Below, piece by piece: positions 1 to 13,390 of a stretch of DNA of 64,000 nucleotides. This DNA is from the human T2T-CHM13v2.0 reference genome, Homo sapiens: assembly GCF_009914755.1 (NCBI RefSeq), contig NC_060928.1; one strand, given 5' to 3'. The position numbers and the translations under genes were made by a program. Numbering within the stretch: the first letter of the stretch is position 1; every line of letters starts with the position of its first letter. Below the pieces are notes generated by a model. That model searched no databases. It was not told the DNA's origin and saw only the letters and a list, made by a program, of their open reading frames with translations.

Positions 1-3000
1 GTACAGTATATAATACATACTTTGGGTACTTTGATATTTTATGTACAGTATATAATACATACTTTGGGTACTTTCATGTTTTATGTACAGTATATAATAT
101 ATAGTTTGGGTACTTTGATATTTTATCTACAGCTTATAATACTTACTTTGGGTAATTTGATATTTTATGTACAGTATATAATACATACTTTGGGTAGTTT
201 GATATTTTATGTACAGTATACAATATATAGTTTGAGTACTTTGATATTTTATGTGCAGTATAAAATATATAGTGTTGGTATTTTGATGTTTTATGTACAG
301 TATATATTTTGAGTACTTTGATATTTTGTGTACAGTTTATTATAAATGTTTGGGTACTTTCATATTTGATGTACAGTATATAATACATAATTTGGGCACT
401 TTGATATTTTATGTACAGTATATAATACATACTTGGGGTACTTTTATATTTTATGTACAGTATATAATACATACTCTGGGCACTTTGATATTTAATGTAC
501 AGTATATAATACACACTTTGCGTACTTTGATATTTTATGTAACGTATGTAATACATACTTTGGGTAGTTTGATATCTTATGTACAGTATGTAGTACACAC
601 TTTGGGTACTTTGATATTTTATGTACAGTATGTAAAACATACTTTGGGTAGTTTGATATTTTATGATCAGTATATAATACACATTTTGGGTACCTTGATA
701 TTTTATGTACAGTATATAATACATACTTTGGGTACTTTGATATTTTATGTACAGTATATAATGCATACTTTAGGTACTTTGATAGTTTTTGTACAGTATA
801 TAATACATACTTTGGGTACTTTGATATTTTATGTACAGTATATAATACATAGTTTGGGTACTTTGATATTTTATGTACAGTATATAATACATACTTTGGG
901 TACTTTGATATTTTATCTACAGTGTATAATATATACTTTGGGTACTTTGATATATTATGTACAGTATATAATACATACTTTGGGTACTTTGATATTTTAT
1001 GTACAGTATATAATACATACTTTGGGTACTTTGATATTTTATGTACAGTATATAATACATACTTTCGGTACTTTGATATTTTATGTACAGTATATAATAT
1101 ATAGTTTGGGTACTTTGATATTTTATGTACAGTATATAATACATACTTTGTGTACTTTGATATTTTATGTACAGTATATAATACATACTTTGGGTACTTT
1201 GATATTTTATGTACAGTATATAATATATAGTTTGGGTACTTTGATAATTTATGTACAGTGTATAACACATACTTTGGGTACTTTGATATTTTATGTACAG
1301 TATATAATACATACTTTGGGTACTTTGATATTTTATATACAGTATATAATACATACTTTGGGTACTTTCATATTTCATGTACAGTTTATAATATATAGTT
1401 TGGGTACTTTGGTATATTATGTACTGTATATAATACATACTTTGGGTACTTTGATATTTTATGTACAGTATATAATACATACTTTGGGTACTTTGATATT
1501 TTATGTACAGTATACAATATATACTTTGACTACTTTGATATTTTATGTCCAGTATAGAATATATAGTTTTGGTAGTTTGATATTTTATGTACAGTATGTA
1601 GTTTGAGTACATTGATATTTTATGTACACTTTATTATAAATGTTTGGATACTTTCATATTTTATGTACAGTATATAATACATACTTTGGGCACTTTGATA
1701 TTTTATGTACAGTATACAATACATACTTTGGGTACTTTGATATTTTATGTACAGTATATAATACATAATTTGGGTACTTTGATATTTTATTTACAGTATA
1801 TAATGCATACTTTGGGTACTTTGATGTTTTATGTACAGTATATAATACATACTTAGGGTACTTTGACATTTTATGTGCAGTACATAATACATACTTTGGA
1901 TACTTTGTTATTTTAAATACAGTATGTAATATATATTTTGGGTACTTTGATATTTTATGTACAGTATATAATACATACTTTGGTACTTTTATATTTCATG
2001 TACAGTATATAATATATAGTTTGGGTACTTTGATATTTTATGTACAGTATATAATACATAGTTTGGGTATTTTGATATTTTATGTACAGTATATAATACA
2101 TACTTTGGGTACTTTGATATTTTATGTACAGTATATAATATATAGTTTGGGTACTTTGATAATTTATGTGCAGTATATAACACATACTTTCGGTAGTTGG
2201 ATATTTTATGTACAGTATATAATACATACTTTGGGTACTTCGATATTTGATGTACAGTATACTATATATAGTTTGGGTACTTTGATATTTTATGTCGGGT
2301 ACAAAATAAATAGTTTTGGTACTTAGATATTTTATGTACAGTATATAGTTTGAGTACTTTGATATTTTATGTACAGTTTATTATTAATGGGTGCTTTCAT
2401 ATTTTATGTACAGTATATAATACATACTATGGGCACTTTGATATTTTATGTAGAGTATATAATACATACTTTGGGTACTTTGATATTTTATATACACTAC
2501 ATAATACATACTTTGGGTACTTTGATATTTTATGTACAGTACATAATATATAGTTTGGGTACTTTGATATTGTATGTGCAGTATATAACACATACTTTCG
2601 GTACTTGGATATTTTATGTACAGTATATAATACATAATTTGGGTACTTCCATATTTTATGTACAGTATGCTATATATACTTTGGGTACTTTGATATTTTA
2701 TGTCCAGTATAAAATAAAAAGTTTTGGTAATTCGATATTTTATGTACAGTGTATCGTTTGAGTACTTTGATATTTAATGTACAGTTTATTATAAATGTTC
2801 GGGTGCTTTCATATTTTATGTACAGTATATAATACATACTTTGAGCCCTTTGATATTTTATGTACAGTATATAATACATACTTTGGGTAATTTGATATTT
2901 TATGTACAGTATATAATACATACATTGGGTACTTTGATATTTTATGTACAGTATATAATATATAGTTAGGGTACTTTGATATTTTATATACAGTATATAA

Positions 3001-5395
3001 TATATATTATGTGTACTTTGATATATTATGTACAGTATATAATATATAGTTTGGGTAATTTGATATTTTATGTACAGTATACAATATATAGTATTGGTAC
3101 TTTGATATTTCATGTAAAGTATATAGTTTGAGTACTTTGATATTTTATATACAGTTTATTATAAATGTTTGGGTACCTTCTTATTTTATGTAGAGTATAT
3201 AATACATACTTTGGGAACTTTTATTTTATGTGCAGTATATAATACATACTTTGGGTACTTTGATATTTTATGTACAGTATATAATACATACTATTGGTAC
3301 TTTGATATTTTATGTACAGTATACAATATATAGTTTGAGTACTTTGATATTTTATGTCCAGTATAAAATATATAGATTTCATACTTTGATATTTTATGTA
3401 CTGAATGTAGTTTGAGTACTTTGATATTTTATGTACACTTTATTATAAAAGTTTGGGTACTTTCATATTTTACGTACAGTATATAATACATACTTTGGGC
3501 ACTTTGATGTTTTATGTACAGTATATAATACATACTTTGGGTTCTTTGATATTTTATGTACAGCATATAATACATAATTTGGGGACTTTTATATTTTATG
3601 TACATTATATTATACATACTTTGGGTACTTTTATATTTTATGTACGGTATATAATACACACTTTGGGTACTTTGATATATTATGTACAGTATATAATACA
3701 TACTTTGGGTACTTTGATATATTATGTACAGTATATAATACATACTAAGGGTACTTTGACATTTTATGTACAGTACATAATACATACTTTGGGTACTTTG
3801 ATATTTTATGTACAGTATATAATGCATACTTTGGATACTTTGATATTTTATGTACAGTATATAATACATACTTTGGGTACTTTTATATTTTATGTACAGT
3901 ATATAATATATAGTTTGGGTACTTTGATATTTTATGTACGGTATATAATACATACTTTGGGTACTTTGATATTTTATGTACAGTATATAATACATATTTT
4001 GTGTACTCTGATATTTTATGTACAGTATACAATATATAGTTTGAATACTTTGATATTTTATGTACTGTATAAAATATATAGTGTTCGTACTTTGATATTT
4101 TATGTACAATATATAGTTTGAGTACTTTGATATTTTATGTACAGTTTTTTATAAATGTTTGGGTGCTTTCATATTTTATGTACAGTATATAATACATACA
4201 AACGGCACTTTGATATTTTATGTACAGTATATAATACATACTTTGGGTACTCTGATATTTTATGTACAGTGTATAATACATACTTTGGGTACTTTGATAT
4301 TTTATGTACAATATATAATACATACGTTGGTAACTTTGATATATTATGTACAGTATATAATACATACTTTGGGTACTTTGATATTTTATCTACAGTATAC
4401 AACACATAGTTTGTGTACTTTGATATTTTAGGTACAGTATATAATACATACTTTGGGTACTTTGATATTTTATGTACAGTATATAATACATACATTGGGT
4501 ACTTTCATATTTTATGTACAGTATATAATATATAGTTTGGTTACTTTGATATTTTATCTACAGCTTATAATACATACTTTGGATACTTTGATACTTTATG
4601 TACAGTATATAATACATAATTTGGGTACTTTGTTATTTTATGTACAGTATACAATATATAGTTTGAGTACTTTGATATTTTATGTGCAGTATAAAATATA
4701 TAGTTTTGGTACTTTCATATTTTATGTACAGTATATAGTTTGAGTACTTTGATATTTTATGTACAGTTTTTTATAAATGTTTGGGTGCTTTCATATTTTA
4801 TGTACAGTATATAATACATACTAAGGGCACTTTGATATTTTATGTACAGTATATAATACATACCTGGGGTACTTTGATATTTTATGTACAGTATATAATA
4901 CATAGTTTGGGTATTTTGATATTTTATGTACAGTATATAATACATACTTTGGGTACTTTGATATTTTATGTACAGTATATAATACATACTTTGGGAACTT
5001 TGATATTTTATGTACAGTATGTAGAACATACTTTGGGTACTTTGATATTTTATGTACAGGATATAATGCATACTTTGGGTACTTTGATAGTTTATGTACA
5101 GTATATAATACATACTTTGGGTACTTTGATATTTTATGTATAGTATAAAATATATAGTTTGGGTACTTTGATATTTTATGTACAGTATGTAAAACATACT
5201 TTGGGGAGTTTGATATTTTATGTACAGTATGTAAAACATACTTTGGGGAGTTTGATATTTTATGAACAGTATATAATACACATTTTGTGTACTTTGATAT
5301 TTTATGTAAAGTATATAATACATACTTTGGGTACTTTGATATTTTATGTACAGTATATATTACATACTTTGGGTACTTTGATATTTTATGTACAG

Positions 5396-5597
5396 TATAC
5401 AATATATAGTTTGAGTACTTTGATATTTTATGTACTGTATAAAATATATAGTTTTGGTACTTTGATATTTTATGTACAGTATATAGTTTGAGTACTTTGA
5501 TATTTTATGTACAGTTTGTTATAAATGTTTGGGTGCTTTCATATTTTATGTACTGTATATAATACATGCTTTGGGCACTTTGATATTTTATGTACAG
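5396..5597 (+). repeat. Representative higher-order boundary cassette (42+42+35+41+42 bp variant monomers)
   Basis: 5396-5437 tatacaatatatagtttgag..., 5438-5479 tataaaatatatagttttgg..., 5480-5514 35-bp tatatagtttgagtac..., 5515-5555 41-bp tttgttataaatgtttgggtgctttcat..., 5556-5597 ...gggcacttt.... The same ordered cassette recurs about 95-100 times in the window. Confidence 0.9.
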
Positions 5598-6448
5598 TAT
5601 ATAATACATACTTTGGGTACTCTGATATTTTATGTACAGTGTATAATACATACTTTGGGTACTTTGATATTTTATGTACAGTATATAATACATACATTGG
5701 GTACTTTGATATATTATGTACAGTATATAATACTTACTTGGGGTACTTTGATATTTTATGTACAGTATATAATACATAGTTTGTGTACTTTGATATTTTA
5801 TGTACAGTATGTAGTACACACTTTGGGTACTTTGATATTTTATGTACAGTATATAATACATACTTTGGGTATCTTGATATTTTATGTACAGTATATAATG
5901 CATACTTTGCGTCCTTTGATATTTTATGTACAGTATATAATGCATACTTTGGGTACTTTGATATTTCATGTACAGTATGTAATACATACCTTGGGTACTT
6001 TGATATTTTATGTATAGTATATAATACATACTTTGTGTAGTTTGATATTTTATGTACAGTATACAATATATAGTTTGAGTACTTTGTTATTTTATGTGCA
6101 GTATAAAATATATAGTTTTCGTAATTGATATTTTATGTACACAATATAGTTTGAGTACTTTGATATTTTATGTACACTTTATTATAAATGTTTGGGTACT
6201 TTCATATTTTATGTACAGTATATAATACATACTTTGGTCTCTTTGATGTTTTATGTACAGTATATAATACATACTTTGGGTTCTTTGATATTTTATGTAC
6301 AGAATATAATGCATAGTTTTAGGTACTTTTATATTTTATGTAAAGTATATAATACATACTTTGGGTACTTTGATATTTTATGTACAGTATATAATACATA
6401 CTTTGGGAACTTTGATATTTTATGTACAGTATGTAATACATACTTTGG

Positions 6449-8044
6449 GTACTTTGATATTTTATGTACAGTATATAATACATACTATTGGTACTTTGAT
6501 ATTTTATGAACAGTATACAATATATAGTTTGAGGACTTTGATATTTTATGTCCAGTATAAAATATATAGATTTCATACTTTGATATTTTATGTACTGAAT
6601 GTAGTTTGAGTACTTTGATATTTTATGTACACTTTAATATAAAAGTTTGGGTACTTTCATATTTTACGTACAGTATATAATACATACTTTGGGCACTTTG
6701 ATGTTTTATGTACAGTATATAATACATACTTTGGGTTCTTTGATATTTTATGTACAGCATATAATACATAATTTGGGGACTTTTATATTTTATGTACATT
6801 ATATTATACATACTTTGGGTACTTTTATATTTTATGTACGGTATATAATACACACTTTGGGTACTTTGATATTTTTTGTACAGTATATAATACATACTTT
6901 GGGTACTTTGATATATTATGTACAGTATATAATACATACTAAGGGTACTTTGACATTTTATGTACAGTACATAATACATACTTTGGGTACTTTGATATTT
7001 TATGTACAGTATGTAATGCATACTTTGGATACTTTGATATTTTATGTACAGTATATAATACATACTTTGGGTACTTTTATATTTTATGTACAGTATATAA
7101 TATATAGTTTGGGTACTTTGATATTTTATATACGGTATATAATACATACTTTGGGTACTTTGATATTTTATGTACAGTATATAATACATACTTTGGGTAC
7201 TCTGATATTTTATGTACCGTATACAATATATAGTTTGAGTACTTTGATATTTTATGTACTGTATAAAATATATAGTTTTCGTACTTTGATATTTTATGTA
7301 CAGTATATAGTTTGAGTACTTTGATATTTTATGTACAGTTTTTTATAAATGTTTGGGTGCTTTCATATTTTATGTACAGTATATAATACATACAAAGGGC
7401 ACTTTGTTATTTTATGTACAGTATATAATACATACTTTGGGTACTCTGATATTTTATGTACAGTGTATAATACATACTTTGGGTACTTTGATATTTTATG
7501 TACAATATATAATACATACGTTGGGAACTTTGATATATTATGTACAGTATATAATACATACTTTGGGTACTTTGATATTTTATCTACAGTATACAACACA
7601 TAGTTTGTGTACTTTGATATTTTAGGTACAGTATATAATACATACTTTGGGTACTTTGATATTTTATGTACAGTATATAATACATACTTTGGGTACTTTC
7701 ATATTTTATGTACAGTATATAATACATAGTTTGGTTACTTTGATATTTTATCTACAGCTTATAATACATACTTTGGATACTTTGATACTTTATGTACAGT
7801 ATATAATACATACTTTGGGTACTTTGATATTTTATGTACAGTATACAATATATAGTTTGAGTACTTTGATATTTTATGTGCAGTATAAAATATATAGTTT
7901 TGGTACTTTCATATTTTATGTACAGTATATAGTTTGAGTACTTTGATATTTTATGTACAGTTTTTTATAAATGTTTGGGTGCTTTCATATTTTATGTACA
8001 GTATATAATACATACTAAGGGCACTTTGATATTTTATGTACAGT
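6449..8044 (+). repeat. About 1.6-kb duplicate of ~3255-4850 (offset 3,194 bp)
   Basis: ORF pairs 3453/6647, 4155/7349, 4453/7647, 4781/7975; both copies share the ttttaggtacag variant (~4428/~7622). Confidence 0.85.
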
Positions 8045-11000
8045 ATATAATACATACTTTGGGTACTTTGATATTTTATGTACGTCATATAATATATAGT
8101 TTGGGTACTTTGATATTTTATGTACAGTATATAATACATACCTTGGGTACTTTGATATTTTATGTACAGTACATAATATATAGTTTGGGTATTTTGATAT
8201 TTTATGTACAGTATATAATACATACTTTGGGTACTTTGATATTTTATGTACAGTATATAATACATACTTTGGGAACTTTGATATTTTATGTACAGTATGT
8301 AAAACATACTTTGGGTACTTTGATATTTTATGTACAGGATATAATGCATACTTTGGGTACTTTGATAGTTTATGTACAGTCTATAATACATACTTTGGGT
8401 ACTTTGATATTTTATGTATAGTATAAAATATATAGTTTGGGTACTTTGATATTTTATGTACAGTATGTAAAAGATACTTTGGGGAGTTTGATATTTTATG
8501 AACAGTATATAATACACATTTTGTGTACTTTGATATTTTGTGTACAGTATATAATACATACTTTGGGTACTTTGATATTTTATGTACAGTATATAATACA
8601 TACTTTGGGTACTTTGATATTTCATGCACAGTATACAATATATAGTTTGAGTACTTTGATATTTTATGTACTGTATAAAATATATAGTTTTGGTACTTTG
8701 ATATTTTATGTACAGTATATAGTTTGAGTACCTTGATATTTTATGTACAGTTTGTTATAAATGTTTGGGTGCTTTCATATTTTATGTACAGTATATAATA
8801 CATACTTTGGGCACTTTGATATCTTATGTACAGTATATAATACATACTTTGGGTTCTCTGATATTTTCTGTACAGTGTATAATACATACTTTGGGTACTT
8901 TGATATTTTATGTACAATATATAATACATACGTTGGGAACTTTGATATATTATGTACAGTATATAATACATACTTTGGGTACTTTGATATTTTATCTACA
9001 GTATACAACACATAGTTTGTGTACTTTGATATTTTATGTACAGTATATAATACATACTTTGGGTACTTTGATATTTTATGTACAGTACATAATACATACT
9101 TTGGGTACTTTCATATTTTATGTACAGTATATAATATATAGTTTGGTTACTTTGATATTTTATCTACAGTTTATAATACATACTTTGGATACTTTGAAAC
9201 TTTATGTACAGTATATAATACGTACTTTGGGTACTTTGATATTTTATGTACAGTATAAAATATATAGTTTGAGTACTTTAATATTTTATGTGCAGTATAA
9301 AATATATAGATTTGGTACTTTCATATTTTATGTACAGTATATAGTTTGAGTACTTTGATATTTTATGTACAGTATATAATACATACTTTGGGTACTTTGA
9401 TATTTTATGTACAGTATATAATACATACTTTGGGTATCTTGATATTTTATGTACAGTATATAGTTTGAGTACTTTGATATTTAATGTACAGTTTATTATA
9501 AATGTTTGGGTGCTTTCATATTTTATATACAGTATATAATACATACTTTGGGCACTTTGATATTTTCTGTACAGTATATATTACATACTTTGGGTACTTT
9601 GATATTTTATGTACAGTATACAATATATAGTTTGAGTACTTTGATATTTTATGTACTGTATAAAATATATAGTTTTGGTACTTTGATATTTTATGTACAG
9701 TATATAGATTGAGTACTTTGATATTTTATGTACAGTTTGTTATAAATGTTTGGGTGCTTTCATATTTTATGTACTGTATATAATACATGCTTTGGGCACT
9801 TTGATATTTTATGTACAGTATATAATACATACTTTGGGTACTCTGATATTTTATGTACAGTGTATAATACATACTTTGGGTACTTTGATATTTTATGTAC
9901 AGTATATAATACATACATTGGGTACTTTGAAATATTATGTACAGTATATAATACTTACTTGGGGTACTTTGATATTTTATGTACAGTATATAATACATAG
10001 TTTGTGTACTTTGATATTTTATGTACAGTATATAATACATACTTTGGGTACTTTGATATTTTATGTACAGTATATAATACATACTTTGGGTATCTTGACA
10101 TTTTATGTACAGTATATAATGCATACTTTGGGTACTTTGATATTTTATGTACAGTATATAATGCATACTTTGGGTACTTTGATATTTTATGTACAGTATG
10201 TAATACATACTTTGGGTACTTTGATATTTTATGTATAGTATATAATACATACTTTGTGTAGTTTGATATTTTATGTACAGTATACAATATATAGTTTGAG
10301 TACTTTGTTATTTTATGTCCAGTATAAAATATATAGTTTTTGTAATTGATATTTTATGTACAGAATATAGTTTGAGTACTTTGATATTTTATGTACACTT
10401 TATTATAAATGTTTGGGTACTTTCATATTTTATGTACAGTATATAATACATACATTGGTCTCTTTGATGTTTTATGTACAGTATATAATACATACTTTGT
10501 GTTCTTTGATATTTTATGTACAGAATATAATGCATAGTATTAGGTACTTTTATATTTTATGTACAGTATATAATACATACTTTGGGTACTTTGATATTTT
10601 ATGTACAGTATATAATACATACTTTGGGAACTTTGATATTTTATGTACAGTATGTAATACATACTTTGGGTACTTTGATATTTTATGTACACTATATAAT
10701 ACATACTATTGGTACTTTGATATTTTATGTACAGTATACAATATATAGTTTGAGTACTTTGATATTTTATGTCCAGTATAAAATATATAGATTTCATACT
10801 TTGATATTTTATGTACTGAATGTAGTTTGAGTACTTTGATATTTTATGTACACTTTATTATAAAAGTTTGGGTACTTTCATATTTTACGTACAGTATATA
10901 ATACATACTTTGGGCACTTTGATGTTTTATGTACAGTATATAATACATACTTTGGGTTCTTTGATATTTTATGTACAGCATATAATACATAATTTGGGGA

Positions 11001-12404
11001 CTTTTATATTTTATGTACATTATATTATACATACTTTGGGTACTTTTATATTTTATGTACGGTATATAATACATACTTTGGGTACTTTGATATATTATGT
11101 ACAGTATAAAATACATACCTTGGGTACTTTGATATATTATGTACAGTATATAATACATACTAAGGGTACTTTGACATTTTATGTACAGTACATAATACAT
11201 ACTTTGGGAACTTTGATATTTTATGTACAGTATATAATGCATACTTTGGATACTTTGATATTTTATGTACAGTATATAATACATATTTTGGGTACTTTGA
11301 TATTTTATGTACAGTATGTAATACATAATTTGGGTAATTTAATATTTTATTTATAGTATATAATACATACTTTGGGTACTTTGATATTTTATGGACAGTG
11401 TATAATACATACTTTTGGTATTCTGATATTTTATGTACAGTGTATAATATATAGTTTGGGTACTTTGGTATTTTATATACAGTATATAATACATACTTTG
11501 GGTACTTTGATATTTTATGTACAGTATATAATACATACTTTGGGTACTTTGATATTTTATGTACAGTATATAATACATACTTTGGGTACTTTGATATTTT
11601 ATGCACAGTATACAATATATAGTTTGAGTACTTTGATATTTTATGTACTGTATAAAGTATATAGTTTTGGTACTTTGATATTTTATGTACAGTATATAGT
11701 TTGAGTACTTTGATATTTTATGTACAGTTTGTTAAAAAGTTTGGGTGCTTTCATATTTTATGTACAGTATATAATACATACTTTGGGCACTTTGATATTT
11801 TATGTACAGTATATAATATATAGTTTGAGTACTTTGATATTTTAGGTACTGTATAAAATATATAGTTTTCGTACTTTGATATTTTATGTACAGTATATAG
11901 TTTGAGTACTTTGATATTTTATGTACAGTTTTTTATAAATGTTTGGGTGCTTTCATGTTTTATGTACAGTATATAATACATACAAAGGGCAGTTTGATAT
12001 TTTATGTACAGTATATAATACATACTTTGGGTACTCTGATATTTTATGTACTGTGTATAATGCATACTTTGGGTACTTTGATATTTTATGTACAATATAT
12101 AATACATACGTTGGGAACTTTGATATATTATGTACAGTATATAATACATACTTTGGGTACTTTGATATTTTATCTACAGTATACAACACATAGTTTGTGT
12201 ACTTTGATATTTTATGTACAGTATATAATACATACTTTGGGTACTTTGATATTTTATATACAGTATATAATACATACTTTGGGTACTTTCATATTTTATG
12301 TACAGTATATAATATATAGTTTGGGTACTTTGATATTTTATCTACAGCTTATAATACATACATTGGGTACTTCGATATTTTATGTACAGTATATAATACA
12401 TACT

Positions 12405-13390
12405 TTGGGTAGTTTGATATTTTATGTACAGTATACAATATATAGCTTGAGTACTTTGATATTTTATGTGCAGTATAAAATATATAGTTTTGGTACTTTC
12501 ATATTTTATGTACAGTATATAGTTTGAGTACTTTGATATTTTATGTACAGTTTTTTATAAATGATTGTGTGCTTTCATATTTTATGTACAGTATATAATA
12601 CATACTAAGGGCACTTTGATATTTTATGTACAGTATATAATACATACTTTGGGTACTTTTATATTTTATGTACAGTATATAATACATACTTTGGGTACTT
12701 TGATATTTTATGTACAGTGTATAATACACACTTTGCGTACTTTGATATTTTATGTAAAGTATGTAATACATACTTTGGGTAGTTTGATATTTTATGTACA
12801 GTATATAATACATACCTTGGGTACTTTGATATTTTATGTACAGTATATAATATATAGTTTGGGTATTTTGATATTTTATGTACGGTATATAATACATACT
12901 TTGGGTAGTTTGATATTTTATGTACAGTATACAATATATAGCTTGAGTACTTTGATATTTTATGTGCAGTATAAAATATATAGTTTTGGTACTTTCATAT
13001 TTTATGTACAGTATATAGTTTGAGTACTTTGATATTTTATGTACAGTTTTTTATAAATGATTGTGTGCTTTCATATTTTATGTACAGTATATAATACATA
13101 CTAAGGGCACTTTGATATTTTATGTACAGTATATAATACATACTTTGGGTACTTTTATATTTTATGTACAGTATATAATACATACTTTGGGTACTTTGAT
13201 ATTTTATGTACAGTATATAATACACACTTTGCGTACTTTGATATTTTATGTAAAGTATGTAATACATACTTTGGGTAGTTTGATATTTTATGTACAGTAT
13301 ATAATACATACCTTGGGTACTTTGATATTTTATGTACAGTATATAATATATAGTTTGGGTATTTTGATATTTTATGTACGGTATATAATA
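12405..13390 (+). repeat. Adjacent tandem duplication of a 496-bp 12-mer unit
   Basis: The private variants tatagcttgag and aaatgattgtgtgct each occur twice, 496 bp apart (ORF starts 12565/13061); 496 = 12x42-8. Confidence 0.9.

Noticed and set aside
5438-5445. TATA-box-like TATAAAAT in the cassette and TATATAA in every monomer
   Set aside because: Expected in a 76% AT repeat; no other promoter evidence in the sequence.
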